Origin: Felis catus
Lineage: Eukaryota
Direction of reading: 5' to 3'
Length of the DNA stretch: 64,000 nt
NCBI RefSeq assembly: GCF_018350175.1
Contig: NC_058368.1
Coordinates: 13,580,001-13,644,000, forward strand
The position numbers and the translations under genes are program-made. The notes under the pieces are model-generated. The model saw only the letters and a list, made by a program, of their open reading frames with translations, was not told where the DNA came from and did not search any database. Below, in pieces: positions 25,131 to 38,360 of the stretch; position 1 is the stretch's first letter, and each line of letters starts with the position of its first letter.

Positions 25131-26964
25131 GATGTTAAAAAATGGGAAATGCTATTAGTTGACATTATGCAAAAAAAGAGAGAATTTACTCTGTGATACT
25201 TTTCACTCTTTCACAAATTTCCTTCACAGATTCATTTTGCACTGCCTTCTTCTTCCTTTTTTGAGGTCTTCGTTATAGAAAGACCAGCATTATTCAAATG
25301 TAGTGGTTTTGAATAACGCACATTCCTTTTCCTGTATTTTTCCTTTCCCTTCTCCTTTGTGACTCTTGTATTTTTGTCTATCTCTTCTATTGTAGTGACA
25401 TGAATACCTAATTGTTCTCCCATAAGAGAAATGACATGTTAATGAGAATGTGCCAAATATAAACGTATGCGTGTAAAGTGTTCTTTCTGTGGAATTTGGG
25501 GAGTCAGAAGGGCAATCCCTGTTAGGTACAGGGGAGAAATTCTGCTTCTGGTTTCAGGAGAGAGGAACCTGCATTTTTTATTTCCTGGAAATCTATCAGA
25601 AGCCATTTTGCATGGCCATAGCAAGGCCGCTTGATAAGGCTGCAACAGAAAACGCACTCCTTTGGCAGAATTTCTGATACACTATGACAATGGAGCCGTC
25701 TGCATGAAATTTGGGGAAGAATTGGCAGCCACATGTGTATCTAAGAAAGCCCATCCTAATTTGAGGACAGACTCTGTTAATAAACCAGGACATAAAGGTT
25801 TATCTTCCGCTTGCAAAATAAAAAATAACTACAATGTCAATAAAATGCCTTTGGTTAAGCTCTGCTTGCATTAAAGTATTGCCCACAGCACCATATCTTT
25901 TATGCTGGTGGATAGCTATGCTTCAACTCCTCAAGATCTTAAGCAACATACATTTAACAGCATGACACGTTAAAGGGAGAACAAATTTCTTTTCTTCACA
26001 CCAGATGGGAATAAGGAACGTGAGTGTTGTGCACAATGAAACACTATCTATAAATCTAGCGTTTTATCATCCCATTTCAGACTATAAAATTAGAAGATTC
26101 ATCAGTTACACCTCCACTCATGAAATATACCTGCTGAGGTATGGGGTCCCCGTGGGAAGACTGATACGGAGAACACATTCAGAGGGGTGAAGTCGTACAT
26201 CAGTGAGCGTGATGGGTTAGCAGGAGCTGTGACCCTTGTAGCCAGCTGCATTTGCGTTATGCGACAGGATGTCAGGAGCGTGCCAGGAAACAGAATTATT
26301 AGAAATCCGTTTATTACCAACTCTGTAATTCATGGGTCTTATGGAGATCTGATTTCCTAGTTTCTCTACATCAAAGATATCCCCAAACAACATTAAGATA
26401 ATACTCAAAATTGACTAAACAATATTTTCCCATTATTAGGATGCCATTGTGTTAGGGGGAAAAATAAGCAGTTTTTCCCATACTCCATCTCTCCCTCTCC
26501 TTCTCTTTCCCAGTGTCTAATTCTAATCCATATCCACACTCTTTGTCCTCATGAGTGTTAACAGTGACATGTAAGGTGTTGAAAAATTTTAGGGCACTTC
26601 CACCTTCATTGGCTCATGCGGTCCTGGAGCCACCTGGAGAGGTTAGGCACAAATGGCCTAATGACTTGCCCAAAAGCTGGGATAAAAATGCAAGTATTCT
26701 CAATACTTTTCCAGTGTTGATTTTTCTCTCTCTTGATGAGCATCCAATTATTCCGGTGACATTAGCAAACTCAGTAAAATACATGTCAGAGATTCTTTGT
26801 TTTCTGTGTTTTTTTTCTTTTTTCTTTTTGACAGAATATCTGTAGAACCCAAGAAAAATACTGTAGAGTTCTCTTGCCATTTCCTCTCTGAGTCCTAATA
26901 GATGGGCTTTTTGGCTACTTTGGACCTGGAAGGTTTACCCTCATTTACAAGGTTTGAGAACACA

Positions 26965-27459
26965 CACAAATTAATTAACCATACATAATAAACTACTCCA
27001 GAATGTAGTAGCTTAAAACACAATAAGCACGTGCCGCCTTTGATAGTTCTCTGGGTCAGGAATGTGGGAACAACTTAGCTGGGCAGTTTGACGTGGAGGA
27101 GCCATTCATGAAATTGCAGTCAGATATCCACCAGAACTGCAATTATCTGAAGACAAGCCGGCCAGCTTCCAAGATGGCCTGCTGCATGACTGCCCCTTGG
27201 TTCTGGCTGTTGGTAGGATGCCTCCGGTTCTGTCCACATGAACTTCTTCCAGGGCTGCTTGAGTGTCCCCACAAGCAGAGCAAATAAGTCACAAGGGCAG
27301 GTGGAAGCCAAAATGCCATTTATGACCCAACCTCCAGAGCCCCACACCATCATCTCCACTGTGTTCTACTGATCACACAGACCAGCCTAGATTCAACATG
27401 CAGTAACACCTCATGTGGGAGGAAGCAGTGGGTGCATCTTGGAGGCTGGTATGACTACA
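26965..27459 (-). mobile_element. MaLR solo LTR (MLT1F/G-like)
   Basis: gtagcttaaaacac...ctgggtcaggaat...cttccaagatggc...gggctgcttgagtgtcc...catcttggaggctgg...ctaca. Confidence 0.75.
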
Positions 27460-27569
27460 GTGGATTTCTCTGTGTGAACCGCTGAGTATTCCAGTGCTCC
27501 CAAGAACCCAGAATGTCCTGGGGAGTGTATGTGTTGACAGGATTGATGTCATGTCCAACTGATACTTTC

Positions 27570-28075
27570 TTTCAAGATCACCCTCATTCTTATTTTTTCC
27601 TGGGAGCTGTCCTTCCAATACTTGGTTAGCATGGAGACCATCCTGGACCATCTCTGACTCCCAATCATGATTTGTTGGTTTGGGAGTAGACAACTGACCC
27701 AAGAGGTAGAGGGGTTTGAAAATATCATCCCCCAGGGCTACTATTGAAGTGGGCATCTGACTTGAGCTAGATCCATATAATCATTCCCTAGGATTTTGAA
27801 CCGAGGTCAAAACAAACTTAAGGGAGGTCTCCCTTCTTCTCATGGTTGAAGTATAAAATATAAAACTTCTTTACACAAGGAACTAGTCACTAGTGAGAAA
27901 GAAGGTCAATAGTGAGCAAGCAGAGATTACTGAAGAAGACAGAAAGCTGGGCTTCTGACTCCAGGTGAGCCCGTACCCTCCTCATATCTTAGCTTGTCTC
28001 CTTTACCATCCTTTGGATTCTGTAAACCGATACATTTCCCCTGATGCATACACTAATCTAACAGACTTGCAAAAT
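27570..28075 (+). mobile_element. Old MaLR LTR fragment (MLT1J/K-like)
   Basis: Degenerate MLT1 pattern ending ...atacatttcccc...acttgcaa. Confidence 0.4.
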
Positions 28076-28830
28076 TGTTCACACTACAACTCAGATGCAG
28101 AGAAAATCTAAATTGTGTCTGGCCTTAGTTAGGAGAAAACGCACTTTACTTCCCTTGATCTTGGACAATCGCTCACTGTCTCCTACATCTGCAAGGCTCT
28201 CTTCTAATGGGTTTTGGGCTGAATAAAGGAAAGAGAGCTCACATGGCCTTCTGGATCTGGAACACAGAGGTTCTATAATGCCTCTGCCACTGTTCAGGTG
28301 TCCCTAGTCCATCTGATCACAGCTTACCCTGACAGCATCCACAGCTACAGCCCCTGGAGGGTGGAACTCATGACTTAGCCTCTCTGCTTGCACTCCAGTA
28401 ACAGCCCCACTTTGCCAGCTGATGACGAGGCCTGCCCCCAGCCCTTGTTGGCTACAGACAATACTGAGCCCTCTGCTGCATTATCTCTGAGACTGGACTG
28501 AGGGTCTTTCCATAGCTGTTACAGTCTCCTAGGGGATCAAACAGAAAACCATGTCCTCAGCATTTCCCTCACTCAGCTCACCAGCATATGCCCAGCCTGT
28601 CTCCTGTCTCCTTTCTGTTATGGACCCAAAGCAGGAAGGAGTGGTTTCTCCATCTCTCTTCCCCTCGAGCTTCCCTTACATAAAACTCTAAGATCTCCTC
28701 CTCAAGCCTGACTTTCAAGCCTGTTATGTTACTAAAATGGTGACAAGTCATTTTCCTCTGATCCTAGGACAACGAAAGAAGGCTTTAAGGGGAATAAGGG
28801 CTTGAGAGGGACATTTAAAATAAGCTTACT

Positions 28831-29045
28831 GTTTTTTAAAAATTTTTTTTAATGTTTATATTTGAGAGAGAGACAGAATGTGAGCAGGGGAGGGGCAGAG
28901 AGAGAGGGAGACACAGAACCCAAAGCAGGCTCCAGGCTCCAAGCTGTCAGCACAGAGCCCAACACAGAGCTCGAACTCACAGACCATGAGATCATGACCT
29001 GAGCTGACATCAGACGCTTAACCGACTGAGCCACCCAGGCACCCC
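28831..29045 (-). mobile_element. Can-SINE
   Basis: Perfect 15-bp TSD taaaataagcttact (28816-28830, 29046-29060). Confidence 0.96.
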
Positions 29046-29889
29046 TAAAATAAGCTTACTATTTTAAAAAAATACCTTCTTTAAGCAATATGAGTTTTAT
29101 AACATAAACCCAGAGTCCTAATCAAATGCTATCATGTGGTAGTAAAACAGCCTAGTGACATTCACTCAGCCACTCAATTAGTCAACAATCTAGGAACTCC
29201 AAGTATGACTTATCTCCCACCATTAAGTTGCTCATGCTCTAGGAAAAGAAACAGGTACTTGTATATAAAAAAAAGGAAAAGGAAAACACAATGAATTCAT
29301 TATTATCCTTAAGGGAAGGGCATTCAAAAGACTACCCATAGACAGTCAGGTTATTCCACGAAGAAGGAGTGACATCCCCTTCACAGTATTGGGATAAGTT
29401 GGCTTAGCTCTGTAGCCTATAAAGCTATTCCTTCCCCAGGTTGCTGATACAATTTATTAAATTTAAATATTTGCTTCATAAGCCTGAATCCTAAGTAGGA
29501 CAGGAATCATAAATGATTTTATTATGCCTTGTGTTTGGACCGCACAGACGTGCATAGCACAGTTCTACCCATGATCCTGATTTTTGTTTGCTTTAATATA
29601 AAATGCAAGCGAAATGATAGAATGTACTGGCAAGGACTCAGGGACACAGGCGCACCCATACACTGCTCAGGGATGCTAGTGTGATTCTTCTCTTAGAAGT
29701 TCCAGTAGCTCTCGGGCTTCCCCTTGTATGACTGTCAACACTGCTGTTTACATATGTAATGGCCATCTCTGTGAGGACATGATTTGTGTCATCTTGCTCA
29801 CTGCTTGCATATCCATTTCACAGCACCATCTTGGCTGTAGACTAAACGTCCAGTTAGTAAATGTGTGTTGAATGCATGATGAATGAACA

Positions 29890-30170
29890 CAAAATTTTGG
29901 AATGGCAATTTGGCTATGTGTATCAGAAGTTCTTAAAGTCCTTAGAGATTTATCCTGAGGAAATCATAGTGGATGTATGCAAACAATTGCTATAGAAGTG
30001 TTCAGGACGATGTGGTTTATTCTAGGAGAAAGTCAGAAACAATTGAAATTTCCAATAATACGGTCTTGTTAAATGAATTACGGCACCATCTTAGAAACGG
30101 CTGCTATGCAACCATTAAAGATGGCAATATTTATAATAAAATTATCACAGTTTGGTAAATCTGTGTTTAC

Positions 30171-30211
<41 letters not shown>

Positions 30212-30300
30212 ATGCAAAGAAAAGAGATCAGAAGAATGGACAATTGTATGTTAATTGGGGTTACCTTAGATGGAAAGATTTCAGTCAACTCTTACTATTT
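29890..30300 (+). mobile_element. Old L1ME-type 3' fragment containing (TG)n at 30175-30208
   Basis: ggcaatttggctatgtgtatca...agagatttatcctgaggaaat; preceded by an L2 tail (gttgaatgcatgatgaatgaa). Confidence 0.55.
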
Positions 30301-30326
30301 TTTTTGTTTACCTTTATTTTCTCAAT

Positions 30327-30538
30327 TTTTTTTCAACGTTTTTTATTTATTTTTGGGACAGAGAGAAACAGAGCATGAACGGGGGAGGGGCAGAGAGAGA
30401 GGGAGACACAGCATCGGAAACAGGCTCCAGGCTCCGAGCCATCAGCCCAGAGCCTGACGCGGGGCTCGAACTCACGGATCGTGAGATCGTGACCTGGCTG
30501 AAGTCGGACGCTTAACCGACTGCGCCACCCAGGCGCCC
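30327..30538 (-). mobile_element. Young Can-SINE (same subfamily as 8164-8381)
   Basis: Near-identical to the reverse complement of the 8164 copy, CpGs intact; 12-bp TSD tattttctcaat (30315-30326, 30539-30550). Confidence 0.97.
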
Positions 30539-31862
30539 TATTTTCTCAATGTTTTAATCAAATGACATATATATCTGTTGTGTAAGAGTAAAGTAACGAT
30601 ACAAAAAATAGATTAATAATCTCACGGCAGGTGCGCCATAAAGCTGGCTAAGTGAATCCATCAGTGTGTCAGCACCCTTAACCCATAGGAATCCCAGGAA
30701 GATCTGTATCCAGGCATTTGGTATATGGGCTAAGAGAACAGAGTGTCTTCCAAAGCCACAAACATCAATTACCAGATTGTTCCTCCTGACTATGTGGGGA
30801 GAGATATGGGAGGAAGGAAGGGAAGATAACAGCATTTCCTCAGCAGAAGGAGTAATCGCCTCAAGCACAGCCACTGATAAGGGAAGCACCGCATCTGTTC
30901 CCATGGAATCAGTCTGAATGTCTCCCCACACCTCCACCATGGCCACTGCTACTGTCTCCCCAGCCTGATTTATCTGCGTATTTCTCATCACCCTGATCTC
31001 ACTGAGTTCTAACTTGGGAACTCGTTTGTTGGATCTGTGCCTTCTTGTATGAAGCCACTTTTAACTCATCTTTTTCTAAAGGATTCATTTTTAGAAAATG
31101 AAATTAGAGATAAAATTCCTAATGAAATGATTGCTTCTGTAAGTGATAGAAAGGAAATGCCCTGACAAACCCTACAAGATAATTGCTCTTTTGGTAATGT
31201 TTACCATCATTACCTATCCTGAATTTCAGATGCTACAGCTTTCACCCCCAAAACAGAGCAGCACAATTAATCTGATTAAAAAGGAACCATTTATAGTTAC
31301 AAATTGCCTTTCATCTTAAGTTGATCAAAGCACTCCACTGATGGTAACTTGTTCTGATTCATTATAATTTTTGTGTTGCTCATTACCATCAAACTAAGAG
31401 CTTTAATCCTTACAGTCCTGTTTTTTGTAAAAACTGAATTACAAATCGAGGTGTCGCACCAAAGTTACTTATGAATGTATTCTTTTTACACTCAGCTTCC
31501 GAGATGATAATCCTTTCTGCCAGGGTTCTAATTACAATTCCCTTAATGGGGCCGGATCTCATGAAAACTTGTGCAAGGAAATTATAACGTGGTTTAGGAA
31601 GTTGGGGGAGAAAGAAGGAAGAGGAGGTTATTAAATTAAACTCTGTGTAGAAGCCTTGGATATGGGTTTTGAGTCTTTTTAATGCAAAATGACTGACTCC
31701 TCTACACAGACCCTAACATGATGCTTGTGCAGACTGAAAGACAAAAGTACAAAAATCTCCTCCCAACTTAACCTTCCACACTTGTTTTCCTTGCAAACTC
31801 ACTAGGTGCATGGTTGCCAGGCCGCTGTCTGCCTGTTTCACACAAATTATGTTGTATCGACT

Positions 31863-31864
<2 letters not shown>

Positions 31865-31899
<35 letters not shown>
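31865..31899 (+). repeat. A35 homopolymer
   Basis: Direct observation. Confidence 0.95.
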
Positions 31900-31903
<4 letters not shown>

Positions 31904-32052
31904 GCTCATGACTTTCGGTGTAGTCGGTCTACCCCATAATGCTCTCAGGGCAGTGACCAGTTCTCCAGGAGCTTGGTTAAACAAACACTGAGTTGAAAAG
32001 TATAGACGAGAAAAATTACTCCTATCCAACACAAATAGAAATAAGCATGTAA

Positions 32053-32270
32053 GGGGTGCTTGGGTGGCTCAGTCAGTTAAGCATCTGACTTCGGCTCAGG
32101 TCATGATCTTGCTGTCTGTGCGTTCGAGCCCTGTGTTGGCTCTGTACTGACAGCTCAGAGCCTGGATGGAGCCTGCTTCTGTTTCTCTGTCTCCCTCTCT
32201 CTCTGCCCCCTCCCCACTCATGCTCTGTGTCTCAAAAGTAAGTAAACATTCAAAAAAAATTTTTTAAACT
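32053..32270 (+). mobile_element. Can-SINE
   Basis: 12-bp TSD aataagcatgta (32040-32051, 32271-32282); internal 4-bp tgga duplication. Confidence 0.95.
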
Positions 32271-32802
32271 AATAAGCATGTAGAATTCAGTGCATTTATT
32301 TTGCCCCTTATGAAACCTGAGGCGATTCCTTTTTTTCTAAATAACAACCCCACTTTAATCCCATGACTCAAATTACTTCTTAGAAATTGACTGCCAATTC
32401 AGCTACATTTGGGGATTCTGAGTGGTAAGAAGGGAACTAGATTTTCCTTCTGGGCTGGAAGATAGCCATTGGTATGATCAGGGAACAACAAAACTTCCTT
32501 TTTCATTCTCTCTGGGTTTCCTGCCACAGCCTAGAAAATGGCCAGGCCTAGAAAATGCGTCAGTTTCCATCACATCTTATTATTAAATGAGCCCAGGTTA
32601 AAAAATGCCCTTTTGACACACTGATTATTGGAGCCCTAGAGAAATCTCCATAGCTTTTTGGGTACTTTTTGGATCTGCCCAATTCCCCACATCTCAAATT
32701 CCCTCAGGCTCAAAATGTTGAGGGACGGCATCTATAAATATTATTTTAGTAATAATTTTATATTTGTATAGTAATTTAAATTTAAAATCTTTCCAAAGGC
32801 AT

Positions 32803-33185
32803 TGTATCAGTTTGCTATGGCCACCATAATGACGTTTCATAGGCTGGGTGGCTTAAATTAATTTTCTCACAGTTCTGGACGCCAGGCTTCTAAGAACGAG
32901 GTGTTAGCATAGTTGGTTCTTTCTTAAGTTTCTCTTCTTGCTTGTAGATGTTACCTTCCTCAGGTTCTTCACAAGATCTTCCTTTTATGTGTGTCTCTGT
33001 CCTAATCTCCTCTCCCTATGAGGACAACAGTCATACTGGATTCCTGCCACCTATAGGACCTCATTTCACTTTGATTACCTCTTTTAAAGACCTTGTCTTC
33101 ACATACAGTCACATTCTGAAGTACTCAGGATTAAGACTTCAGTATACGAATTACGGGAGGAGGAGATACAATTCAGCCCATAACA
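32803..33185 (-). mobile_element. MaLR solo LTR (MLT1B-like) inserted in a MIR
   Basis: TG...CA termini with perfect 5-bp TSD GGCAT (32798-32802, 33186-33190); ctcacagttctgga and aattcagcccataaca hallmarks. Confidence 0.9.
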
Positions 33186-34624
33186 GGCATGGTTTCATTT
33201 TATAGGCTAAGAACGTAAAAATTTAAAAAGAAAACCATGGTACCAAGCTCACCCAACCATTTAGGTAGTATAGCTAAAATTGGATCCTGGGGCTCTGACT
33301 CCAAAATGCCATACTTTATTCATTACAGTCTGCAGTTACTGATAAGTAACTTGTGTTTAACTGTCTGAAATTTAAATATAATATAGTATCTCATTGAATC
33401 TCCTGAGGATGGAAAATTACATGTTATCCAAGGAACCATTTGGCCATCCTTTATACATCTCTACTTTGAAGACCCTGGGAGGAGGAGAGAAGGAGTTTCT
33501 TCTAGAATTCTCCAGCAGCTTACTCTTTACCCACAACCTTTCTCCACTAGAGACCTTGACATTGGGCATGCAGTAAAGAATCATTTGACCCAAGCTTGAC
33601 TTTCTGTCCTAAATTTTGGCTGCAGCTCAGAAGCAAGTTTATCAGAGGAAGCAGGATGAGAAGTCAACACCATTGTTGATCCCAACTGATCTCTGTCAAA
33701 CCTCAGGTACCAGGTAAATTTGAGGGCAGACAGAAGAATCTAAGGATGAGGGACTACAAGGTGTGCAGGTGTTCCTGAGTCCCTTGCAGAGTCAGGCCAA
33801 GATGAAAACATCTACTCCCAGCATTCCAAAGTCCCTGAGTGGTTCTTGTATTTTAAATACGAAGAGTGCTATTTCTTTGGAAGGTTAAAAAAAAATGTAA
33901 ACAAAGGTATCTGAATGCTTATTGACAGTTACTTCTAAAAACAAACAAAACAAAATGAAATGTGTGTTGCTAATGACTGTGTTCAGCACATGTAAAATCT
34001 TCTATGTGCGCCCTCACAGAAGCCAGGAGACCTTAATTCAAATTCCTGGGACCAGCGTTAGTGAAAAAATCAGTAGGTCTCTCTGGACTTCAATTCCTTC
34101 ACTTGTCAAATGCACGCTGGAATGCATGATCTCTAAGATTCTTACTGCCCTAACTTTTTATGCACAAATGCAACTTTGATCTTTTTTTCAGCTTTGTCAT
34201 CACCAGCTCCACAAAGATGCAGCTAGTATAGGAACCGGCCTAGCAATGTGGGAAAATGGAAGAGATCCTTTGGCGACAATGGCTAAGACAGCAAGTGCTC
34301 ACACAAAACACCCCGAGAAAAGATGGCTAAAGCAGAACCCACGCAGGGGGCTGATACCCAGTGTAGGACAGACACAAATCCAGGGAGAGCCAGGAGCCAC
34401 CACTTCCAGGTTTGGATCCACAAACTCATAGCTCGGAAAATGCAAACAACTCAACGCAGGTTGGGATCAAAAGGGATGGGGGCAGAGGAGGTCAAGCAGG
34501 GAGGGTGTCCTGACTGTGTAGAGAGGATGTGTCACACAAAGAGCATACCGCTACTTTTTTTTTTTTTTTTTTTTTGCTTTTACCTGGCCACCATCTGTGC
34601 CAGACTTTACTTCTGAAAAGTAGC

Positions 34625-35159
34625 TATAGGAGTATCTCCTGTTCTTAAGTTTTTCTAGAAATTTTATACTCCTTCAAGAAATAGATTCAGTTTCTCTGTC
34701 CTTTAAATCTGGGCAGGTTTGTGACTGCCCAGTCACCGGTAGAATGTGCTAGAAATGACAGTGATTTCTGAGTGTAAGTCATAAACGTTGACACTCCTAG
34801 CTTGATCACTAGAACACTGGCCTTCCACCCCTGAGCCACCATGTAAACTGCCCAACTGCTCTGAAACTGGTATGTGTACCAGAGCCCAAAACAGCCCATG
34901 TGAAAAGATCCTATGGAGGAGCACTGAAACTGTCATGAGAGTTGTCATGGCTGAGCGGCCCCAGCCCCGTTTCCATCACTGTTTCAGCTCCAGCCACTGT
35001 CTGGCTGCAGTCATGTGAGACATCCCAAGCCAGCAACACCCAACTGAGTCCTTCCTGAACTTCCAACTCACAAAAGTTATGAGAGATGATAAAATGATTG
35101 TTGTTTAAGTCACTAAGTTGCGGGGTGATTCATTATAAAACAACGAAAAACCTGTGACA
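34625..35159 (+). mobile_element. MaLR solo LTR (MLT1G/F-like)
   Basis: aatctgggcaggtttgtgactg...gagccaccatgtaa...ttgttgtttaagtcactaagtt. Confidence 0.75.
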
Positions 35160-37605
35160 TCATCCTTGGTTATTCCCCACCTCCGCTCCCCAATTCTGCT
35201 TCCAATCTGAATTCTTAAAGTTCAGTCTATAAATTCAGTCCTTTTCCTTCAATATAGACATTATACTATAAACTGAAGCATCCGCAAAAGCTGATCACAA
35301 GGTCTTAGTGTCATTTTCTGCTCTCTTCATCAAGAAATAAATAACCCTACTAGGATCATTTCTCTTCCTGTTTATATACAAATATTTTAAGCACTGAGCT
35401 GCCCCAGTTGTTAACATTTACATCCGTATCATCCCAAAGCAATTCAAAATTCAAAACATGTAATAAATCAGTGATTTATTTGTCTCAAATTTCTCTCCTC
35501 CCAGAATCCATTTAACCAACTGTATTTTATTGAGTTTCTCATTTGGAGGAGGGCATGGTATGTCTTGTTTGTATCTTTTCCTTTGTTCTTATCTTGGCTA
35601 TTAAATAGGATTATTTGCCAGTCTGATATGTAAAGGCACTTCATTCATTAATAAAATAAAATAATAATGCTTCATCAGCTAGGAAAAATGCAAAGGAGAA
35701 AAGATCAAATTTTATACCATGATCCATGTAGGTAGTTGAGGTGGGATGTGTTTATCAAAACTGAATATCGATGAATGCTCTTAAAAGCTAATTTTAAGAT
35801 GGAAACCTGTTACTTATACTATTTGCTGTTAGGAAAGCAACTACACGTGTTTAGTAAGACGAAGTGGGTGTGGGTTTGCAGTATGACTCCTCCCTGTACA
35901 TCTGACCCTCTTTTAGTAAAATCAACTGAAATCATAGGAGGAAACACCTCATGCCATTCAAACCTGTCCACATTAGCTCTTTATAACTCAGAGAAGCACC
36001 ATCATTTAGTGTAGTATTTTTAGCATCAAAAAAATCCCCATCCTCAAAAAATGTTCATTTATCCTTGAAATTGTTTTTGCTGTCACCACATGATGAATTC
36101 TGAAGAAAGGCTGCAATATATTGTTGAATCAGTGTTGATTTAAACATAGATCGACCTCCCACACAGCCACCATCTCTGAGGTGTTGCTAGAACTGAAACA
36201 AGCTGGAAAGAAATTATCAAAACTTCCCAAAAAGAACTAATCCTTTCTCTGCCCAAAATGCCCTGATATGGAAAAACTCAGTCCCTCCTCCACAGGATAT
36301 GAAGGACTTCAGTCTATAGTGACACATAAAAGGTACTGCTAAGGGAACATGTTCTAATTTTTAGAATTCTTTTTTACTGCTATCAAAAGCATCTTTCTAC
36401 AATAAGAAAAAGACGAAAGTTTTGCCTTACGCTACTCAGGATCTTTCTCCCTTGGCCTCAGCATTTGGGGCTGGAGATACTATTTGTGGAATGAGGCAGA
36501 GGAAATGAGCCAAAATGAATTTCAGGCTTGCCAGAGCTTACAATCTTAATGCAAATTCAACAATTAGCAATGCCTCAGCTGTGAAAGCTGGAAAAAATTC
36601 CACACATCAGATGGTGAGAGAGGGTGGTTGGGAAAATCACTTCCATTTTACTGCTGTCATTCTGTCATCTCGTAACTCAACTCAGAACCTTGAGAGCAGA
36701 CCTAGACCCTGTGGCTTATAAACTCCAGAGAGGTAACCCCTTATTAATCCAAAGTAGAAGTATAAATTTATAAAAAGCCTGAGTGGGGAAAGGGTTTTAA
36801 AATATGATACAGGAAACAGGACTGTACCATCAGCTTCAAAAATGGCCTAGGTTAATGGATAACATTGAATGCCAAGAGGATCCAACTAAATTAAGATGCT
36901 TATAAGAATAAACAGTTCTAATGTAGCCTTGTCAACTTGAACTATATAGCAGGTGTTACTCTGTAGGAAGGCATTTTTTGTTTGTTTGCTTTTTCAGATG
37001 TTTGAAGCAAACAGAAAACTCGCACACATTACACACTCTGGGGTCATTTAGCCCTGAGAACATTAGGATTTCTTTGCCTTCATTTCCCTACCTTGGTCTT
37101 TTTTTGAAGAGAAGGAAACATGCAGCTGTGGATGTGCATGTGAATATGCTCATATGTGGAAGCATCCAGTGATACGACAAACTGAAGGGAAAGACCTGAA
37201 ATTCCAAGGGCTTCACATGCTAAACACATTTACTCCTGTGGGGTTTTACCCCCAAATTTTTTCTTCCTATTTCCGTTGTCAATCGTTGCAGCTTTGTGGC
37301 CAGCCCCGAAGCAAAGAACCACATCCCACTGCAACCTCCTACTGAATTACACATCAATTACGCATCACCACAAGCCTGGGAGTCAATCTTGCTACTTCCC
37401 TCAAAAACTCCTCTTTGTAACTTTCCCACACTCCCTTCCATCCAAATATCCTCAATTCCCACTAAACAATGTTCTAAATGCAAATTGAAAAAATCAATTT
37501 TTTCATTCAAGGACAATTAATACAGTACAAATAACTAATAACATATTAGTTTCAGGTGTACAATATGATTCAATAATTCTATGCATTTCAAAAAAACCCA
37601 ATATA

Positions 37606-37797
37606 TTTTTTAATGTTTAGTTATTCTAGAGAGAGAGAGAGAGAGAGCACATGCACAAGTGGGGGAGAGGCAGAGAGAGAGGGAGACACAGAATCCGAAG
37701 CAGTCTCCAGGCTCTGAGCTGTCAGCACAGAGCCCAACACAGGGCTTGAACTCACACATAGGGAGATCATGACCTGAGCTTAGACTCTCAGGTGCCC
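37606..37797 (-). mobile_element. Can-SINE with a deletion in its head; short antisense L1 3'-end scrap upstream (about 37515-37590)
   Basis: GA tract, gaatccgaagcag...ctgtcagcacagagccc; A-box region shortened. Confidence 0.88.
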
Positions 37798-37861
37798 AAA
37801 GAAACCAATATTTTTAAATAAAAATGTCCCCCTATTCTTCTTCACCAAACATGTATTTGGC

Positions 37862-38360
37862 ATATCTTAGTTTGGATTCTCCCGAATGCAGAGCTTGAGA
37901 AAAAATTCAGATACAGGTAGTTTCCTTGGGAAGTGATCCAAAGAAGCAGAGTATAGCACTGGGGAAGTGAGTCAAGGAAAAGAAAAAAGCAAATGAAGAG
38001 ACTTCAAGTAAGCATGTTAGCATTGTGGGCGACTGAGACTCACTCCTGTGGGGGAAACTTCTGAAATAGTGCATTTCACATCCCAGAATTGTCCTACCAA
38101 GAAGCTATCCATTAACTCACATCCCCCAATTGTTTGAGGTTTATGTCCGAGATTTTCTTAGCTCCCCAGAGCTTCTGGCCTGCCAGGTAGTATATTCTGT
38201 ATATACTACTGTAGCCAGAGATCATGCTCTGGCGAAAAGACCCAGGTGTTTGAGGGAGAAAGTCCTCAGTGTGGTTGGGAACTGCCCACCAAAGCTGCAG
38301 GTGACCTTCCGAGAAGCTAAGGGGACCTAGGCAGGGCACCCACAATGGTGACTGCTGCAG
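37862..38360 (-). mobile_element. ERVL LTR16-like solo LTR
   Basis: tcttagtttggattctcc...gcagagcttgaga...aggtagtttccttgggaagtgatcc, matching the recalled LTR16 3' end in reverse. Confidence 0.65.
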
